Of a stretch of 64,000 bases of DNA, positions 30,875 to 40,702 are shown one piece after another (the first letter of the stretch is position 1; each line of letters begins with the position of its first letter). The notes under the pieces are model-generated. The model searched no databases and was not told the origin of the DNA. It saw only the letters and a program-made list of their open reading frames with translations. The DNA comes from Candidatus Heimdallarchaeota archaeon (GTDB lineage Archaea > Asgardarchaeota > Heimdallarchaeia > Hodarchaeales > Hodarchaeaceae), in NCBI GenBank assembly GCA_011364965.1, contig RDOB01000002.1, positions 160,001 through 224,000 of the forward strand, written 5' to 3'. A program made the position numbers and the translations under genes.

Positions 30875-32629
30875 TTATAATATCTCCTTTTGTTTAGGTC
30901 GTTTTTGTCTAAGATCAATTATCTTTTTCTCTGAAGTCGATTTTCTATCAACTAAATGTAATTTTCCCTCATTTAATTCAATCGATGGAGCTAAAGGTGT
31001 AAAAGATTCCTTACTTTGTAATCTGATAACAATATTAGCTTCTTTATCTGTATCAAGGATTTCCCACTTCAATAGAAGACAGGTTTTTTCTGAGAAAATA
31101 GAGGGTTTTAGGTGCGGAGGGTCTACTAAAATGATATCGACATCTGAGGGAATTCGATCAGTGAATACTAATTTAGATTCGAGAGGATTTATGAACTTGT
31201 AATACCAAAGAAATTCATAATTTAATGATTCAATTACTGGCTGAGATACTTTCTCTATTCTAATGATCTCGTTATTGTATTCAATTTCATCAATATAATG
31301 TCGTGTTAGTGGTTTTTCTTTGAATGAATACTTTAAATGAAAGTTATCCCCAGGAGCAAGAGTTCTGAACATCCAGCGAAATAACGTACTATCATGAGTT
31401 GGGATCGTTACAGGTTTGATTTTTAATCCAGCTTCCATATTGTTAACAATAAGCTCTGGAGGTACTACATCTTCAATAAGTACCTCTCTGAATAGCTCAC
31501 CAGAAGTATTGACAAAATTTAATTCTGTAGTGAGGTTTTGATCTATTGAATAGTATGAGCTCAGCACTAAAACTTCAGCTCCTCGTCTTAGTATAATAGA
31601 ACGTTCAATTCGTTTTCTGAGAATATATTCAACCGATTTTGATTGACCTGGATTTAATTGACCAGATTTCCAAGTATAAACCAAACCTTCTTCTGTTTTC
31701 TTTCTCTCATCTAGGTTAAGATCTGATTTAATATCTATTACCTGCCATTGAAAAGGAATTGTGTTTACTATCTCTAAGTTTAGTAATTCCTGTTCAAATT
31801 CATTTTTTACATCTGTTTTCGCAATGTAATCCAAATCTAACGTATCATTCATTCTTAAATCTGCAGCAAAATCCTCGAGATTAGGATCTTCTCCAATTAT
31901 AGTGGTGGATTCTTCCTCTATAACATCATTTTCAACAACACTTAAAGTGAAATTTGGTTGAATAATTTTTAATTCACCAGAGGAGTCTTTCACCACAGCA
32001 TTGGTTTCAATTGCAGTAAGTTTTTGGTCCCTTGTGACTTTAGAAACTGCAGCTAAAACATCATAAGTGTTGAGCAACGACTCCTTTTCTACTTGAAGTT
32101 GAGGAATCCTATAGTTTTTCTTGCTTAAAAGAACATCATCTTCTATAAAATCCTCGCTCTCAAGTGGAATCAAGTCCTCATCTACTTGGATAGGGAGTAA
32201 ATCAATTTCTGGAAGTATATCATCCAAAGAGGAAGATTCTTCTTCCTCGATGATTTCAGTCTTGGCTTTTGAGGCTTTCCTTCTATCCATTGTATCTAAG
32301 GCTATTCTGTAATGATGAGTAGCAGAAGTAAATCCAAAAGTTTTTCCTTTTTCAATAAGTGTTTCAGCAATTTCGATATTATCGCTCATTAAGTACCTAA
32401 GTATTGCTTTGCCATAGCAATTAGCTGCTTTATCCTCCTCTCCTAATTCAAGGAAAAGATCTCCAGCTAGTGTTAGATGCTGTGCAGCTCTATCTCTTTC
32501 CCCTATACTATCAAAACATCTCGCTGCCTCCTCAAAGATATCAGCAGCAATATTTATTGAATGTTTTGTAGCTTCTTTTCCTTCAGTAACCAGTTTAGTA
32601 CAATCAGTGTCTTTTATTGACTTCACCAT
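30875..32629 (-). CDS. SNAP-like TPR, acidic linker and three Ig-like (DUF11-type) beta-sandwich repeats
   Basis: AADIFEEAARCF..AANCYGKA; D/E-rich linker; three N/D-x-I/V-P...W..L(xPG) units. No signal peptide. Confidence 0.78.
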   Translation of the reverse strand: MVKSIKDTDCTKLVTEGKEATKHSINIAADIFEEAARCFDSIGERDRAAQHLTLAGDLFLELGEEDKAANCYGKAILRYLMSDNIEIAETLIEKGKTFGFTSATHHYRIALDTMDRRKASKAKTEIIEEEESSSLDDILPEIDLLPIQVDEDLIPLESEDFIEDDVLLSKKNYRIPQLQVEKESLLNTYDVLAAVSKVTRDQKLTAIETNAVVKDSSGELKIIQPNFTLSVVENDVIEEESTTIIGEDPNLEDFAADLRMNDTLDLDYIAKTDVKNEFEQELLNLEIVNTIPFQWQVIDIKSDLNLDERKKTEEGLVYTWKSGQLNPGQSKSVEYILRKRIERSIILRRGAEVLVLSSYYSIDQNLTTELNFVNTSGELFREVLIEDVVPPELIVNNMEAGLKIKPVTIPTHDSTLFRWMFRTLAPGDNFHLKYSFKEKPLTRHYIDEIEYNNEIIRIEKVSQPVIESLNYEFLWYYKFINPLESKLVFTDRIPSDVDIILVDPPHLKPSIFSEKTCLLLKWEILDTDKEANIVIRLQSKESFTPLAPSIELNEGKLHLVDRKSTSEKKIIDLRQKRPKQKEIL

Positions 32630-32634
32630 CTATT

Positions 32635-33018
32635 TTATCGACTAACTCGATATCTTGATTGTATTGTCAAAACTTCAGAAACTCTTGGAACATAATCTTC
32701 GAGCGGATCCCGGTTGTCATATGTGATCGATTGAAAACTTCTAGAAAATAATACCCATGCAACGCGCTTGGTATTACTTTTAACAAAACGTATTAAAGTG
32801 CTCGATGCCTCTAATCCCCCTTCTCCAAAATAGATAGTGCAAATGTCAATTATTTTTTTTTCTAGTTCATCATTTTGTTCTTTTCCAAAGCGGTGAATTA
32901 ATTCTAGTAAATCCGCTTCTCGAGGATTAATTTTTCTCTCTTTTAGTAGTTTAATGATAACAGCTCGATCCGTTAATATATTACTTGCCTCATCAAATGA
33001 GAGATTGATAAATGGCAT
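32635..33018 (-). CDS. Hypothetical protein, first gene of the operon
   Basis: 127 aa; its stop lies 5 bp before the next gene's start. Confidence 0.75.
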   Translation of the reverse strand: MPFINLSFDEASNILTDRAVIIKLLKERKINPREADLLELIHRFGKEQNDELEKKIIDICTIYFGEGGLEASSTLIRFVKSNTKRVAWVLFSRSFQSITYDNRDPLEDYVPRVSEVLTIQSRYRVSR

Positions 33019-33388
33019 CTCGATCCACTATCTTAGATTTTTGGTACTATGGGGAATTTTTTTTTAATAGCTGCTTTATTCTAATGAACTATAATTCAGG
33101 TACCTTTTGCAATTAGATCAAGCTTCTATTCATGTAAAGGAATAATCTATTATCTTTTTTTTCTATTTATTTTTTGTAAATATTTACATAAAAACATAAC
33201 CTAATAATCTTACAAATACCTTGCTGGAATGTAAAAAAAGAGAGTAGAAAGAACGACAAAGAAAAATTCCTGTTTTTATTTTTATAATGTTATTTTAAAG
33301 GGTTATTCTTGTTTGTTTGGTTTTTTGAACCAAACTCGATAAAATTCTTTATTAAATAATACTTTTCATGATTAAATAGAGATCAATA

Positions 33389-34090
33389 ATGACTTCGATA
33401 CCAAAATGCCTTAGTCTTCTAAGAAATGAACTTGAAATCCGTCCTAGACTAGAACTAGATGTTCCCAAAGGTTTTTATCGTGCAGCAGTACTTGTTCCTT
33501 TCCTATGCAGGCAGAAACAGTGGATCCTAATCTTTACGAGAAGAACAGATCTCGTAAGTCAACACAAAAACGAGATATCTTTCCCAGGGGGGAAGTTTGA
33601 TGTAGAAGACAAGACCTTGACTCAAACAGCTTTACGCGAGGCAAATGAGGAAGTAGGGATATCTCAAGTTGATATTATTGGGAAATTAGATGATATTATT
33701 ACCATCAGTAAATATATTGTAACTCCAGTTGTGGGATGGATCAAAAACGCAAAAAATTATTATGAATTAATAAATAGACCAGAAATTAATTATATTATTG
33801 AAACTCCTTTGCTTGAGCTGAGTAAAAAAGAGAACTTTTCAATTAAGGAAGTACCATATCAAAATGGATATATTTTTCACGTTCCGTTCTTTGATTATCA
33901 AAATGAAATTATTTGGGGAGCAACAGGGCGAATTTTAGTTAGCCTTCTTAATCAGATTAATAAGCTACCTTTGAATTGTCGTAAAAAGATTTTAGGAGTG
34001 CAGAGATGGGAAGGAGCTGATAATGAGGAAGTAGCTTACCACTACGCACAGGTGAAATCTCTTATATCCCCAGAAAGAAGAGAGTCTTAA
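33389..34090 (+). CDS. CoA pyrophosphatase, Nudix family (NudL/PCD1/NUDT7-like)
   Basis: AAVLVP, FTRRT..HKNEISFPGG, ALREANEEVG, IWGAT. Confidence 0.92.
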   Translation: MTSIPKCLSLLRNELEIRPRLELDVPKGFYRAAVLVPFLCRQKQWILIFTRRTDLVSQHKNEISFPGGKFDVEDKTLTQTALREANEEVGISQVDIIGKLDDIITISKYIVTPVVGWIKNAKNYYELINRPEINYIIETPLLELSKKENFSIKEVPYQNGYIFHVPFFDYQNEIIWGATGRILVSLLNQINKLPLNCRKKILGVQRWEGADNEEVAYHYAQVKSLISPERRES

Positions 34091-34110
34091 AGATTGAATC
34101 GATCAAGTAT

Positions 34111-35424
34111 TTATTTTAGCTCTTCATAAATAGATTTAACGTTATCAAAAGTCACTTTTAATTTTCTTTCCTGTAATAATTGAACAATATCATCAATCAA
34201 TTCCCCTTTAGCTCCGAGAGAGGCTGCAAGATTCCGTGCGTGTAGTTTCATATGTCCTGCCTGAATTCCCACTGAAGCTAGTGCCCTGAGTGCACCAAAA
34301 TTCTGTGCTAAACCTACAGCTGCCATTATTTCTGCAAGTTTTAATGCTCCTCCTGGGACTTTAAGACCCAAGATTTTAAATGTAATTTGTGCAATGGGAT
34401 GGATCCGCGCTACACCGCCCACTAGTCCAACAGCTAAAGGAATTTCAATCGTACCGACAAGATCTCCATCTTCATTTTTTTCCCATGTTGTTAATGAACG
34501 ATATTTTCCTTCATTTCGTGTCGCAGCATAAGTATGAACTCCTGCTTCAATTGCTCGCCAATCTTGTGCAGTAGCAACCGCAACTGCATCTATTCCGTTC
34601 ATAATTCCCTTGTTGTGAGTAGCACATCGATAAACATCAGCTTCTGCAAAAGCATATGCTTCTATGATCCCATTTATCAGTTCTTCACCCGTCATATCTT
34701 TAGTATCGAGCTCTTTAGCTTTAAATATAGCTCGTGCCCGAACTAAACGCTTATCTGCTAAGTTTGATATGATTCTTAAGCGAGATTTACCTTTTGTTAT
34801 TTCCTCTATTAAAGGAGCTACTGCTTCATTCATTGTGTTAACTGCATTCGCACCCATGGCGTCCCTCACGTCTACTAACAATTCTACGATAACCATGGAT
34901 CCAGTAAGGGTATCAGAAAGGACTTTGACATTCAAATCGCGACATCCCCCTCCGAATTTCACGAGTATTGGATCCTGCTGATTAGCGATTGTAATAAGAT
35001 CCGCTTTTCTTTCGAGGATAAGTGTTCTAGCGTTGAATGGATCTGAAATACCTACAATTTGAATCTGGCCAATCATTATTGGATCAGTTGTACTTGTGAA
35101 AAACCCTCCCGAGGCTCGGGCGACTTTGGCTGAATTAGAAGCTGCTGCAACAACAGAGGCTTCCTCTACTGCCATAGGAATCAGATAATCTTCCCCATTA
35201 ACCTTAAAATTTGTTGCGATCCCAAGTGGAACTTGCATCACAGCTATTGTGTTTTCAATATAATGTCCTTGCCCCGCATGGTCAAGGATTGCCGTTGAAT
35301 TCTGGAGACATTTTATTTCATCGTCTGTTAATTGTGGACAAAGCCTTTTAATTGTATTTTGACGTTCTTCAACCGTCATTTTATAGAATCCTGCAATACG
35401 AGAATTTCGGGGTTTTTCGCTCAT
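34111..35424 (-). CDS. mvaA: Class II HMG-CoA reductase
   Basis: IENTI, EEASVVAAAS, DAMGAN, RIISNL, HNKGIMNG, GHMKLH. Confidence 0.95.
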   Translation of the reverse strand: MSEKPRNSRIAGFYKMTVEERQNTIKRLCPQLTDDEIKCLQNSTAILDHAGQGHYIENTIAVMQVPLGIATNFKVNGEDYLIPMAVEEASVVAAASNSAKVARASGGFFTSTTDPIMIGQIQIVGISDPFNARTLILERKADLITIANQQDPILVKFGGGCRDLNVKVLSDTLTGSMVIVELLVDVRDAMGANAVNTMNEAVAPLIEEITKGKSRLRIISNLADKRLVRARAIFKAKELDTKDMTGEELINGIIEAYAFAEADVYRCATHNKGIMNGIDAVAVATAQDWRAIEAGVHTYAATRNEGKYRSLTTWEKNEDGDLVGTIEIPLAVGLVGGVARIHPIAQITFKILGLKVPGGALKLAEIMAAVGLAQNFGALRALASVGIQAGHMKLHARNLAASLGAKGELIDDIVQLLQERKLKVTFDNVKSIYEELK

Positions 35425-35603
35425 ACTATCTCATCCAATAATTTTGTAAAAGGAAAATGAAAGAATAATTCACTTTTATAAAGGATTAACTCATTGAATT
35501 AAATTTCTTTTACTTTCAAGATCATGGAAAAAATCTATCCAGTAAAAACTCTTTAAAAAAAGGAGAAATTAAAAGAGGAATTATTCCAATTAATGGGATT
35601 TTT

Positions 35604-36476
35604 TTACTCCTTTGAAAGGTTCAAGCTAATAAATGTATTTTCGGGGCAGCTAAAGTAAATAGAATTACCTGCAGGAATCGGAATTTCAAGATCGTCAATC
35701 TCGATTACCGAGTTTGTACTTGGTTTCAAATAAATAGCAAAAAATGGTTGTTTTCCTTTACATGATGTCGTTTTAACAGATTTTGGTAAATAATAAAACG
35801 CGATTTTCCCCTCTGTTGTTGATGATGAAACATGTATCAATTTTACGATTAAATTCCCATCAGTTGCTGAAAAAATCTGTTGTCCCTTTTCTGGCTGAAT
35901 AGCTTCTTTTTGATCTTGATAATAATATAAAATCTCCGATCGTTTAACCTCAACTGGAGGCTTATTTGATTTTGATTTAGGTTCTGTTTCTGTATATATA
36001 TTTTTAGGTGAAGATGAGGGCATTGGAGTTACCTTGAGAGGTTCTGATTCTTTTATTGGTGAAAATTCTATCTTTGGCTTAGATGGAGGAATTGAACCTT
36101 CAAGAAATTCAAAAGAATTGATTGAATCCGAAATAGAGGTAGGAGATACGTCAATAGGCGCACTAGCTTTTACACCAGTAACTGAGATCACATCTAAGAA
36201 ATCTATAAAATCTGTTGTCTCATTTCCTTGATCCTCGGTTGAAATCCGATGAGTTAAACCTTTTTCAAGACGCATTTGACGAGCAATTTGGCTAGAAATG
36301 AACCTTTTCCTGACATTTGAATTGGCTCCAGTCCAAATGAAAATTCGTTTATCATCTTCGTTAACGAAAATTAGAACCTCTTCATCTTTTAAATCCTCTT
36401 GCGCTGAAGTAAACGAAACAGGAACGTATTCACCATCCATCGATGGCATATAAACATGAACTTGGGGATTACTCAT
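35604..36476 (-). CDS. Single-gelsolin-domain protein with a Pro/Ser-rich linker and an uncharacterised C-terminal domain
   Basis: LKDEEVLIF..IFIWTGANSNVRKRF..A..DQGNETTDF. ATG at 36476; the ORF track extends to TTG at 36506. Confidence 0.85.
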   Translation of the reverse strand: MSNPQVHVYMPSMDGEYVPVSFTSAQEDLKDEEVLIFVNEDDKRIFIWTGANSNVRKRFISSQIARQMRLEKGLTHRISTEDQGNETTDFIDFLDVISVTGVKASAPIDVSPTSISDSINSFEFLEGSIPPSKPKIEFSPIKESEPLKVTPMPSSSPKNIYTETEPKSKSNKPPVEVKRSEILYYYQDQKEAIQPEKGQQIFSATDGNLIVKLIHVSSSTTEGKIAFYYLPKSVKTTSCKGKQPFFAIYLKPSTNSVIEIDDLEIPIPAGNSIYFSCPENTFISLNLSKE

Positions 36477-36749
36477 ATATTTGCCTTCTAAACACAAGTT
36501 AGTCAATAAATTTCACTTCAATGAACTTTTCAGTCATTGTAAGATCCTAGATCATTCAAATTGTGAAAGATACTGACTTATTGCCTGATTTGAAAGAATA
36601 TAATTAACTAAATCACCCATGTCTATTAAATGTTACACAATAAACATTCCACAGTTAAAAGACATGAACTCAAAGGAAAATCACCATATTAATAGTGACA
36701 ATAATATTTATAATTCAGATGTAGAGGGGATTAATCAAGGAAAAAACTC

Positions 36750-36821
36750 GCGGAGGTACCAAAGTGGCTATGGAGCAGCCTGCAAAGCTGTCAAACGTGA
36801 GTTCAAATCTCACCCTCCGCT
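36750..36821 (+). tRNA. tRNA-Cys(GCA), intronless, CCA not encoded
   Basis: Acceptor stem GCGGAGG/CCTCCGC, D arm CCA..TGG, anticodon arm GCAGC-CTGCAAA-GCTGT, T arm GTGAG-TTCAAAT-CTCAC, U73 discriminator. TTTATAAT at 36707. Confidence 0.96.
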
Positions 36822-37043
36822 TTGTTTAACATCTCTGTTTATTTTAATTATTTTCTGTCTTTTTGGAACAAATTTATACCTTAAATTCTGGTTCTGTGTT
36901 ATCCTAGAATGAATTAAAACTAGTCAACCTCTTATTGCTTATATCTTACAAACCATAAATCTAGGAAAATCGGAGAAAATTCTAAAAGTATTAGCTTTTA
37001 TATATTATTTTGAATTTTAACTGCTTTTCATCGAGGTAAATTC

Positions 37044-38843
37044 ATGTCTTCTTCATTATTTGACATTGTGGTTCTAGATACAAATTTTTTTATCTCTCTT
37101 CTTCATGCAGGAGTTTCAGAGAACATTCTACCGAATTTAAAAAAAATTGCGGGATCTATTGGTATGGAAATAATGGTACCAGCTGAACTTCCCAAATCAG
37201 ATATCCCAAGTAAATTTAGAGAATTAAGAACTCTCATTCCTAAACATATTAGACTCGAACCTGTTAATAGGGATTCTAATTTATGGAAACGTACCGCCAG
37301 CTATGCTATTAATGAAAGAATGGTTCGTGCTCAAGAGGATCCTGCAGATATCGATGTAGTTATTCTTGCAAAAAAATATACATTAATAGATAATAATAAA
37401 GTAGCTTTAGTTTCAGATGATGAGGGTGTTTCGCGAATTATTAAAGAAAATAAGGATTTTAAGGGCATAGAACACCTATCCTGTGGTTCATTTGTTTCAG
37501 TTCTTGCTGCAACTGTAACAGATCCAGAAATAAGACGTATACTTGATGAAGCTGTAGAGCGTGTATTTCGTGCGTCGTGGAGTTATAAGAAAAAAACTCG
37601 ACGATATATTGATGTTGCAATGCTGATCAATGATTTAACGGATACTGCACGATTTGTTAGATCTGCTGCGCAAGCTTCCGAAATATTAATATCTGAATCT
37701 AGTTCAAAAGAAGAAATATTAGCAACAAAAGAACCGGAGGTTATCACTCCTGTAGATGCCTTAATTGTTGCTCAGCAGCTGATGATGAAAGCACGAGATA
37801 CTCGTGAACGATTCAATATACTTGACGCGGAAAATGTTCTTGTTGAAATATTAACAAAGAGCTCTGATTTAATATATACTATAGATGATTTAGAACAACG
37901 AGTAATTGTAGAAAGAATGTTTCGATCTGAGCTTTTTGAACATCATAGCTGGTTACTTGATTATAAACTAGCTCGTAATCAGATTCTTGAAGCATTGGTT
38001 CACGCAGAAGCGTGTAGAGTCTATATGAATTTCATATCTGTTGGGAAAGAGGCAATAGAAAATCTAATTTCTCTTCAAGGGCTACTTTATTTATTACTCG
38101 GTCATCCAGTAGAAGCTCTGCGACTCTTCGAGACAGTCCCTTATATGGATACTGAAATTTCTCCCACACAGTTACTAGGAATTACAGTGTCTCTGATAGC
38201 TACAAATCAGCCCAATGAAGCAGTATTGTATTTAAAAAAGTATCCTGACCTCTTAGATGGGATGATCTCATCAATGCATACTTATGCGAATGATCTCTAT
38301 AGTCACGATCAAAAGGAGCTGGCAATTGAAATATTAAAAACAATCGTAAAGAATTTTTCAGATCGGGAAGATATATTAAGATCAATTAATCGATTATTCA
38401 TATTAACGCGATTACGGCCGGACTTAATTGAACTAGATCTAAAAATACAGAAGATTTTTAAGTCTAAATTAAAAAGTAAGGGAGTTGATAACAGCAAGCG
38501 GGGTATACCTAATAAATGGTTGCAAGCTTTGCCTATTGAAATAAATTCTGGTTCTGTAAATGAATTAGCTGATCAATTTAAAGGTTTTTATCATATTTTG
38601 GACTTAATTATGGAACCTGAAAAAGATGAGATACATTTAATAGCCTGGGATGAAAGTAACAATTCTACTTGGAAATTAATATTCGATTCAGCATATAAAC
38701 CTGCATTGGAAGAGAGTGTAAAGATAAAAATCACTTCTGCAACAATAAGCCAGTTAAAACAGGCTAAAAAGGGAGCTAATTACCGTGGGGAGATTGTTTT
38801 CGATTTTGCTGCAATCCAACCAGAGTTAGTAAAAGCTTGGTAG
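37044..38843 (+). CDS. PIN-domain ribonuclease fused to a helical/TPR region and a C-terminal beta domain
   Basis: VVLDTNFF, ADIDVV, LVSDDEG; TPR-like GLLYLLLGHPVEALRLF. Confidence 0.8.
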   Translation: MSSSLFDIVVLDTNFFISLLHAGVSENILPNLKKIAGSIGMEIMVPAELPKSDIPSKFRELRTLIPKHIRLEPVNRDSNLWKRTASYAINERMVRAQEDPADIDVVILAKKYTLIDNNKVALVSDDEGVSRIIKENKDFKGIEHLSCGSFVSVLAATVTDPEIRRILDEAVERVFRASWSYKKKTRRYIDVAMLINDLTDTARFVRSAAQASEILISESSSKEEILATKEPEVITPVDALIVAQQLMMKARDTRERFNILDAENVLVEILTKSSDLIYTIDDLEQRVIVERMFRSELFEHHSWLLDYKLARNQILEALVHAEACRVYMNFISVGKEAIENLISLQGLLYLLLGHPVEALRLFETVPYMDTEISPTQLLGITVSLIATNQPNEAVLYLKKYPDLLDGMISSMHTYANDLYSHDQKELAIEILKTIVKNFSDREDILRSINRLFILTRLRPDLIELDLKIQKIFKSKLKSKGVDNSKRGIPNKWLQALPIEINSGSVNELADQFKGFYHILDLIMEPEKDEIHLIAWDESNNSTWKLIFDSAYKPALEESVKIKITSATISQLKQAKKGANYRGEIVFDFAAIQPELVKAW

Positions 38844-38898
38844 TAGAAAGAATAAATCGCTTCCAAATCTGAAATAGTTAAACTTTCTTAATATGCTA

Positions 38899-39891
38899 TT
38901 AAAGCATTGAAAAATCAACATTCCACCAATTTTTTTTCATGAGATGAATTTCTGAAGCAAGAGGATCTTTATCGAAATATTCTCTCAGTTTCTCCGAAAT
39001 TGGTTGAATGAACCTAAAATTATCTAGTATTAAGATTGATATCCATTCCGGATTAATTATTTCAAAATACTTGTTCCAAACATGTAAATTCGGACTTTTG
39101 ATATTGGTCACTTCTCTGATATTGCGATGCGGTATCATTGGTTGCCATTTCTGTTTATAATCTAGGAGTCCTCGAAGACAAATTTTTGCGGGAGAGGCTG
39201 CAATAATTACATCTTTTGACCGATTGTGAAATAATTCAGCAACTGTGGCTGAGCCAATTTTGTTCAGTATGTTTCCATTTGGTTGGATCATATCAGCTCC
39301 GAGTATAGCGACTTCAGCGAATTCAGTAAATTCATGAACGCAAAAATCGATACCTAAATTGGTATTTTTGAATCCCGCATTAGCCAATGAATAAGCAGTT
39401 CTTTCCCCCTCTTTTAATGGTCTTGACTCCAAAATAAATATTTCCTTATCATTATATCCTTCACGAGCTAATTGTAGCAAGGCCTTAATGATTGTGGAAG
39501 AATGAGAAAAAGTTAATAATGAATTTTTTTCCCGTATTTCTTCAATCAGAGTATTTATTGTATTTTTTTCTCCAATTCTTAATTGCTCGCGCCTTGTAGC
39601 AAAGAGAAGCTCAATTTTCGAGTTTAAGGAGTCATTCTTGAGTTCTCCGTCTCTAATCAATTGAGTAATTTTAGCATAAATTGGTAATAGTGCGTTTTCA
39701 ATAGTAGCTATTGGGTGGGTGTCAAGTAAAAGCTGTATTCCTGTCTTTAAAGCGGATTGGTTTATGCTATCTCCTAATCTTAAGCATTCTTTCTTCAGGA
39801 TTGATAAACTAATTTCGGCTATCGCGGCTGCACCACTTTGAGTGTCATTATGAAGAGTTTCAACGTCTTTCAGGAATGCTTTTGATAACAA
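38899..39891 (-). CDS. IF-2B family protein (aIF-2B / eIF2B regulatory subunit-like)
   Basis: QSGA, LTFSHSSTI, ESRPLKEG, GAD, NKIGS. Confidence 0.88.
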   Translation of the reverse strand: MLSKAFLKDVETLHNDTQSGAAAIAEISLSILKKECLRLGDSINQSALKTGIQLLLDTHPIATIENALLPIYAKITQLIRDGELKNDSLNSKIELLFATRREQLRIGEKNTINTLIEEIREKNSLLTFSHSSTIIKALLQLAREGYNDKEIFILESRPLKEGERTAYSLANAGFKNTNLGIDFCVHEFTEFAEVAILGADMIQPNGNILNKIGSATVAELFHNRSKDVIIAASPAKICLRGLLDYKQKWQPMIPHRNIREVTNIKSPNLHVWNKYFEIINPEWISILILDNFRFIQPISEKLREYFDKDPLASEIHLMKKNWWNVDFSML

Positions 39892-39994
39892 AATAACCCC
39901 TACTCTTTTGATTCCATAAAATTCTGTCAGTACATTTTTTTTTCTATTTGCTTTTCGCAGTAGGAAATAGTTTCAATATTCGATTATAATATTA

Positions 39995-40699
39995 TTATTT
40001 CGATTTCTTATCAAGTCGAGTGTGTATAATGTTAAATTGTCTCGATAACTTTCCCAGCTTCCTAGCTTGGTCGATATTCAGATGAAAAGTATTTTCTTGA
40101 GTTTTTTCATTAGTTGCTTCAATATAAGCAAATTCAGCTTTATTTATTAATTCAACAAGGTTCTCATTCATACCAGTATCACCTGAGTATGCTAGAAATT
40201 TCTTGTCTCCTTCGAAGATAGCATATCCAAAGGTTAGTATTTCTGGAAGCGGTTCATGAGAAAGAATGGATCCTGCATGCTTCATTTTATACGCTTGAAC
40301 TGTTATTTTATTTTCTAAAAGAAATTTTTCTTTATTGTTTTCAATTGGAGTCAATTCTAAAGCGAATGGAATGCTGCAATTATAACTACAGTTGAAGGTC
40401 TCGATAATTCCCTCAACCTCAGTAGTTCCTTTTGGATAATAAATATCTATCTTTTTATTATAACCTAGCATTCTAAAGAATCCTAAAAGAGAGAAAAGCC
40501 CTCCACAATGGTCGAAGTGTCCATGTGAAATAAAAATATGAATGGGGATATCCAGAGGGATTTTAATCATCGGCAGCAAATCTCTTAAAGTTCCATCTCC
40601 AATATCTAATAAAATTAAAACCTCTGGTGATTCAATTAATATTTGCGTAGCGATACCTGCTGCAGAATATAATAATTGATGATACATAATTAATTCCAA
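39995..40699 (-). CDS. MBL-fold hydrolase, RNase Z-like
   Basis: LDIGDG, HGHFDH, YSGDT, IEAT, H and HT motifs. Confidence 0.85.
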   Translation of the reverse strand: MELIMYHQLLYSAAGIATQILIESPEVLILLDIGDGTLRDLLPMIKIPLDIPIHIFISHGHFDHCGGLFSLLGFFRMLGYNKKIDIYYPKGTTEVEGIIETFNCSYNCSIPFALELTPIENNKEKFLLENKITVQAYKMKHAGSILSHEPLPEILTFGYAIFEGDKKFLAYSGDTGMNENLVELINKAEFAYIEATNEKTQENTFHLNIDQARKLGKLSRQFNIIHTRLDKKSK

Positions 40700-40702
40700 G
40701 TA

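Noticed and set aside
36750-36821. tRNA-Cys as an integration site
   Set aside because: I noticed no duplicate of the tRNA 3' end and no integrase in the window
36619-36912. 97-aa ORF in the track
   Set aside because: It fully overlaps the clear tRNA-Cys and has no protein-like features
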